The notes under the pieces: generated by a model
Told to the model about the DNA's origin: nothing
The model's database searches: none
Seen by the model: the letters and a program-made list of their open reading frames with translations, nothing else
Position numbers and translations under genes: made by a program
Part shown: in pieces, positions 36,109-48,771 of the stretch
How positions within the stretch are numbered: the first letter of the stretch is position 1
Layout: each line of letters begins with the position of its first letter
Origin: Mytilus californianus
Lineage: Eukaryota
NCBI RefSeq assembly: GCF_021869535.1
Contig: NW_026262690.1
Span: 76,074,001-76,138,000, forward strand
Direction: 5' to 3'
DNA: 64,000 nt

Positions 36109-39100
36109 ATATACAAGTCTAAATTGAAAACAACGTTCAAACCTATGATTGCGTTGGATAAAAACCTCAATTTTTATACGTGTGCATGCAGAACAAATTT
36201 CTTGGTAAAGGGGTCTAAATACAGCACAAACAACATTTTCCAAAAGATCAAAAAAGTGACAAAGTATATTTTAACAAAACGCATTTGACTAGCAGGTCGA
36301 ACAACGGATGTTCTTAAACCCTGCTGACTGCCATTGGCGATTGCCAAATAAAATGATCACCAGATGTAACAAAATGGATCTTACATATTAATTTAATATC
36401 AAACAGAAAACAATAAACTTGCGGAAAAGATGGTATAACGCAAACAAAAGGTGCAAAAATTAGTACACCATATCCGGATTTCGAAAATTAATGTCTTTTC
36501 ATTGATGTTAGGAATCGAAACGATATTTGGAAGGCCATATAATTTACCTCAATTTAGGATAAACTCTTGAATTTTGAAATGTCGAAATAGGATGAACGGA
36601 TCATATAAACCCGAAGGCAATTTTGAAATATATTATATATATAAGTTAATACAAATGTGGATCTATTCAAGTACACCTTTAGGGTGCGCCCAGCTTAAGT
36701 GACTCAGCATGCAGTTATGTGGATTATAAACAATAATATGGTAACATAACATGGACAAACATGTGAGTAGTTTTATTTCTTAAAATGTTATTAAGAGAAA
36801 CCCTAAAATACAGTCTGGAGTTTTTGGAAAAAATATTAAGTTCCTACAAATTCACATTTTCAATTTAGACACTGACCATTCATCTTTTTCGGGGGTACGA
36901 GTTTTTATAAATATGAATTATTTGATTTTAAATTTTAAGTAAAAAAATATTTGTTTTGGATGGGAATGATAATAATCGTTTGTTTCCATTGAGATTGGTG
37001 AATAAATAAATACATTTGAGATTCAAAAGAAATTTTTTTTCCTATATGTGATTGAAAAAAATAGAAAATTTTTGGTCATTGTCGAAGAAAATTGTTTGTC
37101 CCTATTAACAAAAATACATGGAAGTAGTTAACCCGAATAATTCAGTCGTCATTTCCGCTGCTCTTCGATAGCTACATTACTCGCAATTGGGAGAGTCAAT
37201 CACAGAGAGGGACTGGATTATTCGGGTTAGGACGTAGTTTGATAAATGTAAATTTTCTTGAAATGTTATAGTAACTTTTTGCATAATTTAGACATGACAT
37301 TAGTTGTTAAATATGCTACAAATAAAGTTTATCTATATACTTACCAATGATCAATGTATTTCTTGTAAAGTCGAACTATACATCTTTCTGGGTTTTCTTT
37401 TATCCTCGTATGCATACACTTGTTTCTGCTTGATCCTTCGTGTTCTTAATCCTCCTTGGTTACTCTTTGAAATATCCTCTGAATATCTCAGGCAAGTCTC
37501 TCCATTTCTTTCCAGTAAGTTAATGTGGGAATTCTTCATCCTCAAATTTCGATGTTCTTTTCCAACCCGAAGAGCGAAGTGTAAACCAATAAGATACACC
37601 ATTGTGTCTACTAGCCTTGCTGCACTACTGTCGCCTAAAATTCCTCTCTGCCACAAAAGTTCTTCTTCTTCAACTATAATAGTTTCTGCTTTTTTCTTGT
37701 GTATCCCTAATCCAGTAGAGGCCCTCTGTTTCATAGTATAATCCAAGGTGTTTTTGACTTGTAAAAAACTCTCAACTTTTAGAAATTTGAAGCATTTCCC
37801 TTGTTGTTCAAAGTGCATTTGAATGTTAATTATAATTTCATATAATGTCTGACCCGGATAATCTTCACCATTTTCTGTAATAAGTTCGCATATAAATCTG
37901 GATAAAGAATAACAAAGTTCATCTGTTGTCCTTTCTTCAAGATCAGGTTTGATGCAATTATTATTCTCGTCTTGTTTAACAAACTCGTTTCTTTCCAACT
38001 GCCACTTTCTAAAAACGTTAAAAGCCCACCTCATCTTTTTCTTTGTATTATCAGCAGTACTGAAAATAGAAGACAATTTGTCAGATTTTTAACATTTAAC
38101 TATTATACCAGAGACCGTTATTTAAAGCGAAAAATTAAAGTGCATACCCCTAATTTAAATTTACGATCATAGAGTCCCCTTTTCTCATCGCTGTAGCAAC
38201 ATAAGTGATTTCGGTGATTCTATATTTATTTTCATTGTAAGCTGACGGAAATTTTAACTTCAAGTGAAAATATACCTTATTTCTATGCAATTCATTAATA
38301 TACAAGAAATATTTGCCACTGGACGTTAATCAAGCAACAATCAATCTTTCAGTTAACATGATTCAGAACAATATCTAATTGCTTGATTTTAATATTGGGT
38401 TGTAGTCTCATAAACGAATCTCTATCATCTATAAAATTCTCTGCCAACTTCTTTCCTGTGACACTAAATACGAACGAGGGTGTATTGTTTTCAAACTTTG
38501 TGTCCAAAATGTATTTTACACATGTAAAATCTTTTATTAATAAACTACTTGTTTTGAGATAATTACTAAACGGCAATGAATATTGAATAATTTGGATATT
38601 TCTATGATACTTTGAACTATGTTAATATTTTGTTGAGTTTCTTCTGTTGCCTAAATGATAAGATATAATATACGTGGAAGAGGAAATAATGTCAACAATA
38701 ATGAATATATGAATTACTGCATGTTGCATGCATTAAAAAGGTTACCAGAAATAAATTTTATTAGTTATCAAACCTTAAATTATAGAATTTCGTTTTTTTT
38801 ATGAATAACTATATAGACACAACATAAATTGTCATTTGTGTTTATGTTGGTTAAGCATGTTAAGGAAGGTTTCATATATTATTAGAATGATTTATATTTT
38901 ACCAAATACTAGAAATTTGTCAAAAATTTATACTTTTATAGAATTTGAAAAAGAGAGGGTATCATGGTGTATCGATTACTATGGTACTGACACTTAATTA
39001 CTATAAGTACATGGCATAAAACTAAGAAACAGCGCTTTTATTGCCGTTTTTCATCTCAAAGTAATAAAGAGGATTTCGATATGGAGTAAAAGCTCTCACC

Positions 39101-40745
39101 TTACAGTAAGTTGAAGATGGAACCTAACCCGAACTAAGAGGAATTATTTGCAAGATGTCGATCACAGCTTCGGTGTTATATCAACAAATTACATATTAAA
39201 TTTGTATCACCCACTTCCATCGTTATACTTATTTTATATTATTAAGAAAACATTTGTTTTTACCTTTTAACAGCAATTCTTTTAATCTCGTCGTTAGACA
39301 CGATTCTTTGTATTCTTTTTTTGCTGTTTTCTGGACCAGTTACAGTTGCAGCAATGGCCGCGGATGGATGTTGGGTCTCGACTTGTTCAGCCTATGCAGC
39401 TAGGTCATCGTCGATTTTAGCCAATTCTAGGTCTAGGTCTGAATTACCGTTTCTAATGAGGCTAAAAACATCATCTTTGTCAAGCAATTGAAAGTTTGTA
39501 GGTTGTGTATCTTCTAATTCATCTGGAACTGGCAATCCAAATAGGCAAGATATGTCTTCATCTGGATCATCAGGTTCTTGTGAAAAACAATTCTGCGTCA
39601 AGAATATGTCGTCTCCGTCTTGAAACATTTCGTGCAGTAAATTTAATTTGATTATGCTTTGCTTAAATACACTCTAATACACATTCAGATAATTTCTGCA
39701 TTTTTTACTCCGAATAGATTTTAGAAAAGAGATCATGGTGAGTTAAAATCATAAAGACAACACATTTTGTCAAATGAAGGCTCAGTGAAGGAAAGGTATA
39801 ATGGGATGAATAAATTTGTCGAATTACAAACTTATCATTAAAAAAAGTTAAGAAATCTAACCCATTTTTCATACACTCTATTTATTCAATTAAAATTTTA
39901 AAAAATAATGAAAAATATAAATGTTTTGTTTAAAAAAGTTTCTTCTTTACCGGACATCATCTCTGAAGACTGTCTAAATTAAGCTTGCAGTTCAAAAGTA
40001 TATTTTTATATTCAATCAGTCGTGAATATACGAAAAATTGAAATTAATTGTATGAATCGACAATAAATCTTGGAATGTAATATATTGTTAAAACACAATT
40101 TATATTTTTTTTCTTTTGTTAATATTTAGGATATGCAAACGTGTATGGTTGGTTTGAGCTATGTATTAAAATAATTTTATGACAACTGCTTTAAAATAGC
40201 ATAATAATAGGCCGCTATACTTACTAGGCACTAAATATATATAGACCATTTAAGAAGACTTTCAATATACTTAAATTAACATTATCACAGCTTCAATTGT
40301 GCAACTCTAGGTTGAACTGACTCAAAGAGGGTTGTAAACTTCGATTTTGAAAGGTCATGTAAACGTTTGAGTAACCCCATCCCCCACCCCCCTTAAAAGA
40401 AAAAAGTGGGTTTTTTACGATATAGGTTAAATTGTAACATATCATTATGTATTATTCTCTTTGATATATATATTCTCTAGGGTTTAAAAAACTTTCTGAT
40501 CACGACCCTGTACGTGATTTCTATAGAGAAGACATGTCTTAGTTTTTTCAAATGATTGTAACGTCATCCATTTTATTTGGATTTAATAAATTTTGTTATT
40601 TTAATTCAACCACCAGCAACGGAATTTAGTGAACACTTTTTCGAAGTAAAATTTAGGTAAATTTTATATTCTACAGATGAGAGGTTAGCATACCATTTCT
40701 TTCAAAAATAACTTACTAATGCAAATAATACAGCAGTTAAGTAGT

Positions 40746-43700
40746 AGACGAGTAAGACGATGGATTCCGAAAAGTAGATTTAATGTGAAACATGAAAATG
40801 TCAAAGTTGATCCATACGGAACCGCTGAATGAGCAACTCACGAAAATCTAAAGATATGACAGAAAAAATAAACATAATGTGTTGGAACTGTAAATGTGTC
40901 ATGTCGGCTGTTCCTTATCTAACTAATTATTTGGAAAATAACGATATTAACATTTGCGCATTATCTGAACACTGGCTTCGAAAATGTAACATACACTTCT
41001 TCAACAGATTGATAGCAAATACAAAATTTATGCTTAAAGCGTTGACGAACTTTTACCAACGACACAGAAATGTTCTAATTATGTGTTGCATTGTTAGTCT
41101 CGTTGAATATCGATCGTTATGTTGTGCACGAAATTGATGTCGATTCGGATAGGATTATTGGTATTAAAATGCATCTGCCCAATGATGTGACTATTTTTTT
41201 CTTCTGTGTATACTTACCCGCTGCTTCTCTCTCCATTGAATTATTAAAGAATATGTAGATTTACTGCACGAACTTTATTCCGTATATAGTCAAAATGGCA
41301 TAGTAATTTTTGCTGGTGATTTTAATGCGAAAGTTCAAGGACCACGTGTCAGCGGTGTTCAAGACGATCGAAGCAAACTATTGCGAAGAGTTTTAGATGA
41401 ACTTACCTTAATTTCATTAAACACACAGACTTTTTGTAAAGGGCCTATACACACTTTTCAGGGCTACGAAAATGGTCCTTCCTCAACAATAGATCATATA
41501 ATTGTTCCAGATAACCTGCCATTCAAACCGGAAAATGTAAACATTCTTGATGATCATGGACTGAACTTATCCGATCATTTTCCTATTATATGCACCTTTA
41601 ATCTAGGCGACTCACTTACTCGTCTAAATCTGTCTAATTCTTCAACAAACATAGCCTGGAACAAAGCTCTATCAAATGGTAATTTAACCGATTATGCGTT
41701 TGCTGTTTCACAAAACCTTTGGACAGTAGATACGAATCAAACTGATATATAAAAATATTATTCTGAAATAGTCAACGGTCTTGTTCTTGCTGCAAGAGAT
41801 ATCCTTCCTATCGTTAAGCATAGGAGACATTTGAAACCATATTGGAATGATCATCAAACGGAGTTGCATGATGTCATGATTCAACGTCGCAATATATAGA
41901 TCAGTGACCATAGACCGCGTGGCAAAGAGTATGAGTCGTATATGTCATATAAAAATTCAAAGAACCGTTTTAGGAATGAACTTCGTCGAGTCTATGACGA
42001 GTATGTAGCCGATATGTCTATTGATATTGAAAAATCTATTGACGTAGATCAGCGCTTAGCATGGTGTATTATAAATAGTCGTCGATCAAGGAATACATCT
42101 GATATACTACTCATATTGCACAATAAACTTGTAAATAATCCCGAAAGCGTTTGTGCTGAATTTGCAAATGTTTTTGAAGCAATCGCAAAAACTTTATATC
42201 ATACTGAAGATAAAGTCAACATTAAACTTTTGAATCTTATTCGCAATCGATGTGATAATGACCCGATTAGATCAGTGTATTTTGAAGAACTATGGAAACT
42301 TTGTGATTAACTTGCCAAATGGGTAAGCGTGTGGGCTTGGTGGAATATCCTATGAGCATCTTAAATACGGCGGAAAATTATATTGAAACATTTGTGCAAC
42401 CTTTTTAATTTGATCTTTGATCAACGTATAACACCTGTTGATTGGAAAACAAGTGTAGTAATTCCGTTGTTTAAAGGTAGAAAAAAGTTGAAGTCTGAAA
42501 TCGAATCCTACCGTGATATATCCCTTATACCTTGCATATCAAAAGTGTTTGAAAAATTGCTGGATAATAGACTAAATGAACAACTCATAAATTTTCCGAA
42601 TACTCAACAAATGGCATATCAAAAGTACCTAAGCAGTAACTACGCCTCGTTTAATTTACAAGAAACCGTACATCACTACAAGGAGAGAGATAGTTCTATA
42701 CAAGTGACATTTCTTGACAGCAAGAGGGCCTTTGATACGGTTGACCATATTGGACTAAAAATTAAGATCGGTGACCTTGGAATTCATGGCAATTTGTGGA
42801 AATTGCTAGATCATATGTAAAGAGATCTTAAAAGTTGTGTGCGATGTAATAACGTTGTCTCTAGATTTTTCAGCCTTGAGAGGGGCGTTCGACAAGGCAA
42901 TGCTTTATCAGCGAAACTTGATCTGATTTATATAAACGATCTTATTGATATACTTTCTACGTCAGGGAAAGGAGCTGTAATGCTAGATTTAATGTTGGGT
43001 GCCCTGAACAAGCCGATGATATCGCTCTTATATCGCCAACATTTTCCGGAATGCAATGCTTGATTGACATTTGTTACAATTACAGTGTTAAATGGAAGTT
43101 TGAGTTTTCATCCAGTAAAAGTCAAGTCCTTATATTTTCTAAAAGAAATGAAACGTATGGAAATGTAAAACTAAATACAGATATAATCCCAGTGTGAAAC
43201 AGGTTGGTATTCTACTTGATGCTAGATTTAATTCAACCGAGAGAACTTTAGCAGCCTGTCGTACAATACGTTCTGTTTGTATGTCTATTATCAGATCGGG
43301 TGTCCATCCGTCTCTACTTAATCCAATCACATGTAGTAAAATTATTGTCCAGCTATTATCGACGAGCTACTTTCCTGTGCAGAACCAATGGAAATCGATA
43401 GTTAAAAACGTGTATACGAGTATGAAGAGAACGTTCTCAAACAACGCCTAAATAGTGATCGTGACTTTGAATATTTCAAACTTATTCATAACTCTATTGA
43501 ACCACATCGTGCTTGGACTATCTTACGCCAGTACTCATCTTTGAAGTTTAAAGCTAAATTTGTCATGTCTCTGTGTGCTCTGGTTATACCAAGCGAACCT
43601 GATGCAGAATTACTGTTATGCCATAAATGTAGTCTTTTTTTCTATGACAATGCAATTGTACACATTTTAATACAATGTTGTAGCGTATCGTCAACAAGAG

Positions 43701-44185
43701 ACTTATTTTGGATAGATCTGATTAATATTAAACCCATTGAGTTTAGCGCAACGCTCCATGCTCTGGAAGACACATATTTGACACTAACTCTGCTATCATG
43801 TAACAGTGACAAATTTTTCCTTCTTGAAAAGTCAGATGCAGACAGTTTCACGTACTCTTGTGTAAAGTTTATCTATAGGTTACTTAGTATGTAAGGAATA
43901 TGACAGTTAATTTGATATTTATTACAACTGAAATATCTAAATAGACATTATTTGAATTATCTGAACATTTATTTATTTATTTTATTTATTCAATTATCTA
44001 TTTAATTATTTATTAAGTTAATTATATATATTTATTCATTTATTCATTCATTTATATTTTATTCAATTATTTATTTATATTCCCATTAAAAACACGGTAG
44101 CTTTGTATTATACCATATGTTGTACATATATTCATGTGTATTCATACTCTCCCGAAAGAGGATACTAAACATATATATATATATA
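40746..44185 (+). mobile_element. Degenerate APE-RT LINE (CR1/L2 supergroup, tentative) with (AT)n tail and 29-bp TSD
   Basis: EN motifs NIMCWNC, ALSEHWL, AGDFNAK, STIDHI, LSDHFPI; RT motifs WKTSVVIPLFKG, SKVFEKLL, DSKRAFDTV, GVRQG, YINDL. TSD at 40717-40745 and 44186-44214. Confidence 0.9.
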
Positions 44186-44271
44186 ATGCAAATAATACAG
44201 AAGTTTAGTAGTGAACATACGTGCGTTCATTTAAAGACAGACGTGTTATGTTGCATTTCTCTAACTGATTA

Positions 44272-44532
44272 GGGGATTCGGTGGCCGAGTGGTCTAAGTA
44301 GTTACTACTGTAATCACTAGCCAGTCAACACTGAGGTTGTGAGTTCGAACCCCGCTCGTGCGGGTGCACTCGACTCCAATCTTAATTGACTAGGATTGTC
44401 AGTTTTCCTATCGTAGGTCGGTGGTTTTCTCCGGGCACTCCGGCTTCCTCCACCAATAAAAACTGGCCGCCACGAAATAGCCCAAAAGCGGTTCTTAAAA
44501 GTGGCGTTAAAACACAAAAAATCAAAATCAAA
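44272..44532 (+). mobile_element. Full-length tRNA-derived SINE with V/Meta-type central domain
   Basis: A box TGGCCGAGTGGTCTAAG, B box GAGTTCGAACCC, GGTGGTTTTCTCCGGGCACTCCGGCTTCCTCCACC; 12-bp TSD TCTAACTGATTA. Confidence 0.9.
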
Positions 44533-44640
44533 TCTAACTGATTAATTGTGAACTTTGATTTATTAATGCATTGTTGAACATGACACTATGGTTACTTAAA
44601 CTCACTTACAATACCTTCAAATTTAGAAAAGACTTTGATT

Positions 44641-44693
44641 TTGAGCGTCACTGATGAGTCTTATGTAGACGAAACGCGTGTCTGACGTATCAA
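44641..44693 (+). ncRNA. Type I hammerhead ribozyme (copy 1)
   Basis: CGTCA-CTGATGA-GTCT(TATGT)AGAC-GAAA-C(GCGT)G-TC/TGACG; predicted cleavage after C44682. Confidence 0.88.
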
Positions 44694-44987
44694 ATTATAA
44701 GCCTGGTACATTTGATAACTATTTACACCACTGGGTCGATGCCACTGCTGGTGGACGTTTCGTCCCCGAGGGTATCACCAGCCCAGTAGTCAGCACTTCG
44801 GTGTTGACATGAATTATCAATTATATGGTCATTTTTATAAATTTACAGTTTGCAAAAGTATAAATTATTCGAAATACTAAGGATTTTCTTATCCCAGGCA
44901 TAGATTACCTTTGCTGTATTTGGCACAACTTTTGGGTCCTCAATGCTCTTCAACTTTATACTTGTTTGGCTTTCTAACTTTTTTGAT

Positions 44988-45040
44988 CTGAGCGTCACTG
45001 ATGAGTCTTATGTAGACGAAACGCGTGTCTGGCGTATCAA
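44988..45040 (+). ncRNA. Type I hammerhead ribozyme (copy 2)
   Basis: Identical core; stem I CGTCA/TGGCG; predicted cleavage after C45029. Confidence 0.88.
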
Positions 45041-45439
45041 ATTATAAGCCTGGTACCTTTGATAACTATTTAATTTTGAAAAGAAATCAGAACAATAGTT
45101 TAAGTTAGAGATACAATAAATAAGCGTTGATTCATGAAAAACAAACCATTCGCCCTCCGGGGTCATCTATATTACATAGTCACCCCTATCATACATAGAT
45201 ACTTTACGCTTAAAAACTTGATTTTATTTGCAGGGTTGAATAAGGATACATATTACAGGTAAATTATATCGTATTTGATCATGTAACGGGGCCCTAACAT
45301 TAAAAAATAGGAGGTTTCCTGGGTTATTAACTAGAATAAGGTCAAATAATGAAGAACTGTGTTCTGTGATATAAGTTGGGTCGGAAACAAATTGGTGTAT
45401 ACTGAATTGTAATTGTTAACTATGGAGGCTTTGATCTGC

Positions 45440-45598
45440 CGTCGTGAAGTCGAGTTGCCAAGATAATTAAGTCGACTTGTCGAGGTAATTATCTCAACAA
45501 GTCGACTTGATTACATCTTATGTCAACTTGCCGAGATATTTATCACGACAAGTCGACATAATTATCTCAACAAGTCGACTTAGAATATCTCGGCAATA
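45440..45598. repeat. Array of palindromic AAGTCGACTT units
   Basis: Units at 45447, 45469, 45499, 45519, 45550 and 45572 (three degenerate). Confidence 0.8.
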
Positions 45599-46026
45599 CT
45601 TAAATCGGAACCTTTCTCTTATTATCGTTTAATATATGTCAGCTCAACGCCTGTACTCATCCGTGCAAAAGATTGTTTCGATTATTTACATCATTGATTG
45701 AACAATTATACATACTTTCATTAAGAACTGATTCAATTGCTTTTGGTGTGTAAACAATTTAAAAATATACATATTGTTACGATTTAGTAATCGTATGATT
45801 GAATTAATGGATCTCGTGTTTAGAACCACAGTTGTCCGTAATTTATTATAGTAATTTCATGAATCAGCTGTTTTATTTACGCTTTAACATCGCTGTTTAT
45901 ACGATGGAATTTCACCTCGTACAGAATATTTACGGTTGGTTGGCAGGTATGTGTATGCTAAATGATGTGGGAATGTGTTTACCTTTTTAACTTACTTATT
46001 TGTTTAATGTAATAACTTGTGTTTTA

Positions 46027-46658
46027 GCCGTAATCATCTAAACCCCAACAGTGCCATAGTCTATTTACTCGAGCAGCCATATTAGTTGTGTATTGGCGGT
46101 TTATTACACGAGATTGCTTGTTTACATAACAAACGTTTTGATTGGTTGATCTACTGACCCAAAAATTATCAATAGAAGGTTGACAAAACGAACTTCAGAT
46201 CTAATCTCATCGTCTGCAAGAGCAGTCAAAAATAAGCTAGTCATTATATTTAGTCAACCTTCTAAAAATGTCTTAGCCACAGTAAACCTTAAGTCTGGTA
46301 CGCAGGTTTTAAATGTTTTAAGAAAAACTAAATCTTCTAACGTTAGAATTACACATGGCTATTGTTTGTTTTGCATAAGTCAACCTTCAACCTCCGGGAA
46401 ATTCCCCGTCAACCTTCGTTCCACTTAGTCAAACTTCTATCGTTATAATAATATGAGAGAGGTTTTCTGGAAATCTACTTTCATTTTAACCGAGAGAAAT
46501 AAGATAAATGAATATTTTATTAAATCAATCCTTATAAGTTTTTTATAATATCGGTAACGGAAGGTTGAAAATCTTCTACCGAATCAACCATCGGAAACAA
46601 TCAACCTTCTTGTAATTTTAGTCAACCTTCCTGACCTATAAATTGGATGATTACGGCA
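46027..46658. mobile_element. Possible MITE with dispersed CAACCTTC motifs
   Basis: Inverted GCCGTAATCATC / GATGATTACGGC. Confidence 0.45.
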
Positions 46659-46671
46659 TATTGTATATATA

Positions 46672-48296
46672 CAGTCCGCCAAAAGTTAAGCACCACCTAT
46701 TTTTATTGCATCGGAATTTTTTTATTTGAAAAAATCAGTTAATCCTCGAAAAGGAGAAAATATTCATGTAGCAATTTTGCTAACATATACCATAAACAAA
46801 CCATAAACCTAAGTTTGGTCACTTGTGCAGGTTCTATGCATTTGAATTTCGCGTTCATAGAAATAGTGAAATTACACAAATCAGAAACGGAATTTAATTT
46901 GACTGTGTTTTTATTTTTTTACAACAATTAATCACCCAATATCATTAAAAGTCTCTACAAATAATCTTTGGTATGTTCGGCAAATTTAATGTCAATATTT
47001 AAGTAAATAGCATGTGTAACCACCTCTCTTCCGGTACAGTTCCACAACACGGCGTCTCGTACTCTGTACAAACCTTATGAACTTTAGTTAAGCAAATTTA
47101 TTCCATTCATCAACAATTGCCCACTTAAATCGCCAAAATTTTGCAAAGGTGGATCTCTGCGATTGAGATTTCTGCCAAAAACATCCCATACATGTTCGAT
47201 AGGGTTCATGTCTGGAGACATGAAAGGCCAAAAGATAGTGTCAATGGCTTCTTGCTCTTTGTACTCGGTAATAATCCTTACCCTGTGTGGTCTAGCGATG
47301 TCGTTCATGTACAAGGGTCTTGAAGAAAGTGGGGGATTATGAAAATGAGGGACTACAATGATTCTAAGCACCAAATCCCTGTATGTCTGTCTGTTCATGT
47401 TACTCTGCAAAATATGCATACCCAGCTTACAACAGTATGAGAAGCAACCCCATACCGTAACACCAACAGCATCGAATGCAGTCGTTGGGCAAATGTTATT
47501 TTGGTCATGACTGTTTTATTTCCCCGCCAAACTCGTATTCTGTCGTCTATTGGTCGTTACAGAAACCGAATCTCATCTGACCAATGAACATTTTGCCAAC
47601 TTCTCCTGTTCCAGCGTCGATGGTCATTAGCCTTTTGAAACCTGATTATATGGTGCCTGGCTGTTAGGGAAGGTCTCTTGACAACACGACGTACCCTCTA
47701 TGAAGTAGACGGACCAATGTTCGAACACTAGCACGACCATCTAGAGCTAGGCTGGTGGTGTCTAAGCTGTGGGGCAGGAGTAAAAGGATTGGCTTTAGCA
47801 CGACCAATAAGCAGTCTGTCATCACAATAGGTAGTTAAACGGGTTCATCCGGACCTTGGTCTATCATTTACAGTTCCTGTGTTAACATAACGTTGTAAAA
47901 ATCTGACAATGACTGTATGATTAACATTGAAATGGTCACCTATGCTCCTAATGCTCCTAACGCCATTTGACATATCAATTGCTTGTCAACGTTCAGTCAC
48001 CGATAACTTACGCCTTGCCATATTTCACATTGACTTGGTAAAGGTCAAATTTCACCTGTACGCATGAAAGTAGGAATATGATTTAAAGGCATCGAAACAG
48101 TGTATTTGTAAAAGTACAGATGACCTTTAATAAAAGTTGCTTGACGGATTTATTGGAATTTTATTTTTTATTTCGCAATGAATTTTCTTAGTGTATATTA
48201 TGGGCAATTCATACTATCAAACATAAATATTTTTTTCGCAATATTTAAAAAATATTGCCAGTTATATTTAGGTGGTGCTTAACTTTTGGCGGACTG
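46672..48296 (-). mobile_element. Tc1-family transposon, full length, degenerate transposase
   Basis: TIR CAGTCCGCCAAAAGTTAAGCACCACCTA with TA TSD; minus strand reads RPRSG, WSDE, NDIARPH and WPFMSPDMNPIEHVWD. Confidence 0.95.
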
Positions 48297-48315
48297 TATA
48301 GTAAATATTTGATTT

Positions 48316-48771
48316 TATAGGTTGCACTTTGTAAATACAGCTGTTTCTCAAACCACGCCTCTTTTGGGGAGATATATAATATTCATAGATATGTTAATTT
48401 GTTACTGTACTGGTTCCCATTTATGATCTCTGTGTTTCATCTCATAGAGACATCACTTGGGCTTGTAACCAGTATAGAAAGACATGGTAGCGCCTAAATT
48501 TTAATTCTTAGGAGGTCCAAATATGAAGGTAAGGGTAGTATAGAATTTTAGTATAAGTTTAAACTCTTAGAAGTTCAGGGCATATAAATGTTGAAAATAT
48601 GCCGCACAGCCCTATATTTTGACCTTTGAATAAAATAGTAGTGCATATAAACTTTCCGTTCTGGGATATTATTTTTCACGAAACTTCATAGTAAAAGTGT
48701 CACAGTTTTAGCCGCAAAGGGAGTTCCTATGGGAAATTGCATTGTCTATATTTACAGAATTGCAACCTATA
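48316..48771. mobile_element. 456-bp MITE, copy 1
   Basis: Termini TATAGGTTGCA / TGCAACCTATA. Confidence 0.8.

Larger units (their letters stand above)
34487..39628 (-). pseudogene. Crypton tyrosine recombinase (DUF3504/ZMYM-related), three exons, inactivated
   Basis: Exons 39628-39264, 38059-37345 and 34865-34487, all with GT-AG junctions. Motifs: LSRFICE..GEDYP..TL, LHFALRVGKEHRNLR, SKSNQGG, FYLRPL..WYTAQPIGINTL, NHSLRATAATRLY..EQII..TGHRS. Stop in exon 1, frameshift at the end of exon 2, and a deletion at the catalytic Tyr position. Confidence 0.9.
44633..45072 (+). mobile_element. Non-LTR retrozyme: one 347-nt monomer bounded by two type I hammerhead ribozymes
   Basis: Direct repeat of the ribozyme region at 44641 and ~44988; the empty site is visible in arm A at ~25070. 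Confidence 0.85.
33608..45125 (-). repeat. Arm B of the inverted segmental duplication
   Basis: Reverse complement of 25018-29264, plus the full Crypton gene and private LINE, SINE and retrozyme insertions. Confidence 0.88.

Noticed and set aside
44272-44360. Functional tRNA gene
   Set aside because: Continues into a SINE body and tail with a 12-bp TSD.
45228-45265. Microexon-like AG..GT pair on +
   Set aside because: No partner exons or gene could be identified.
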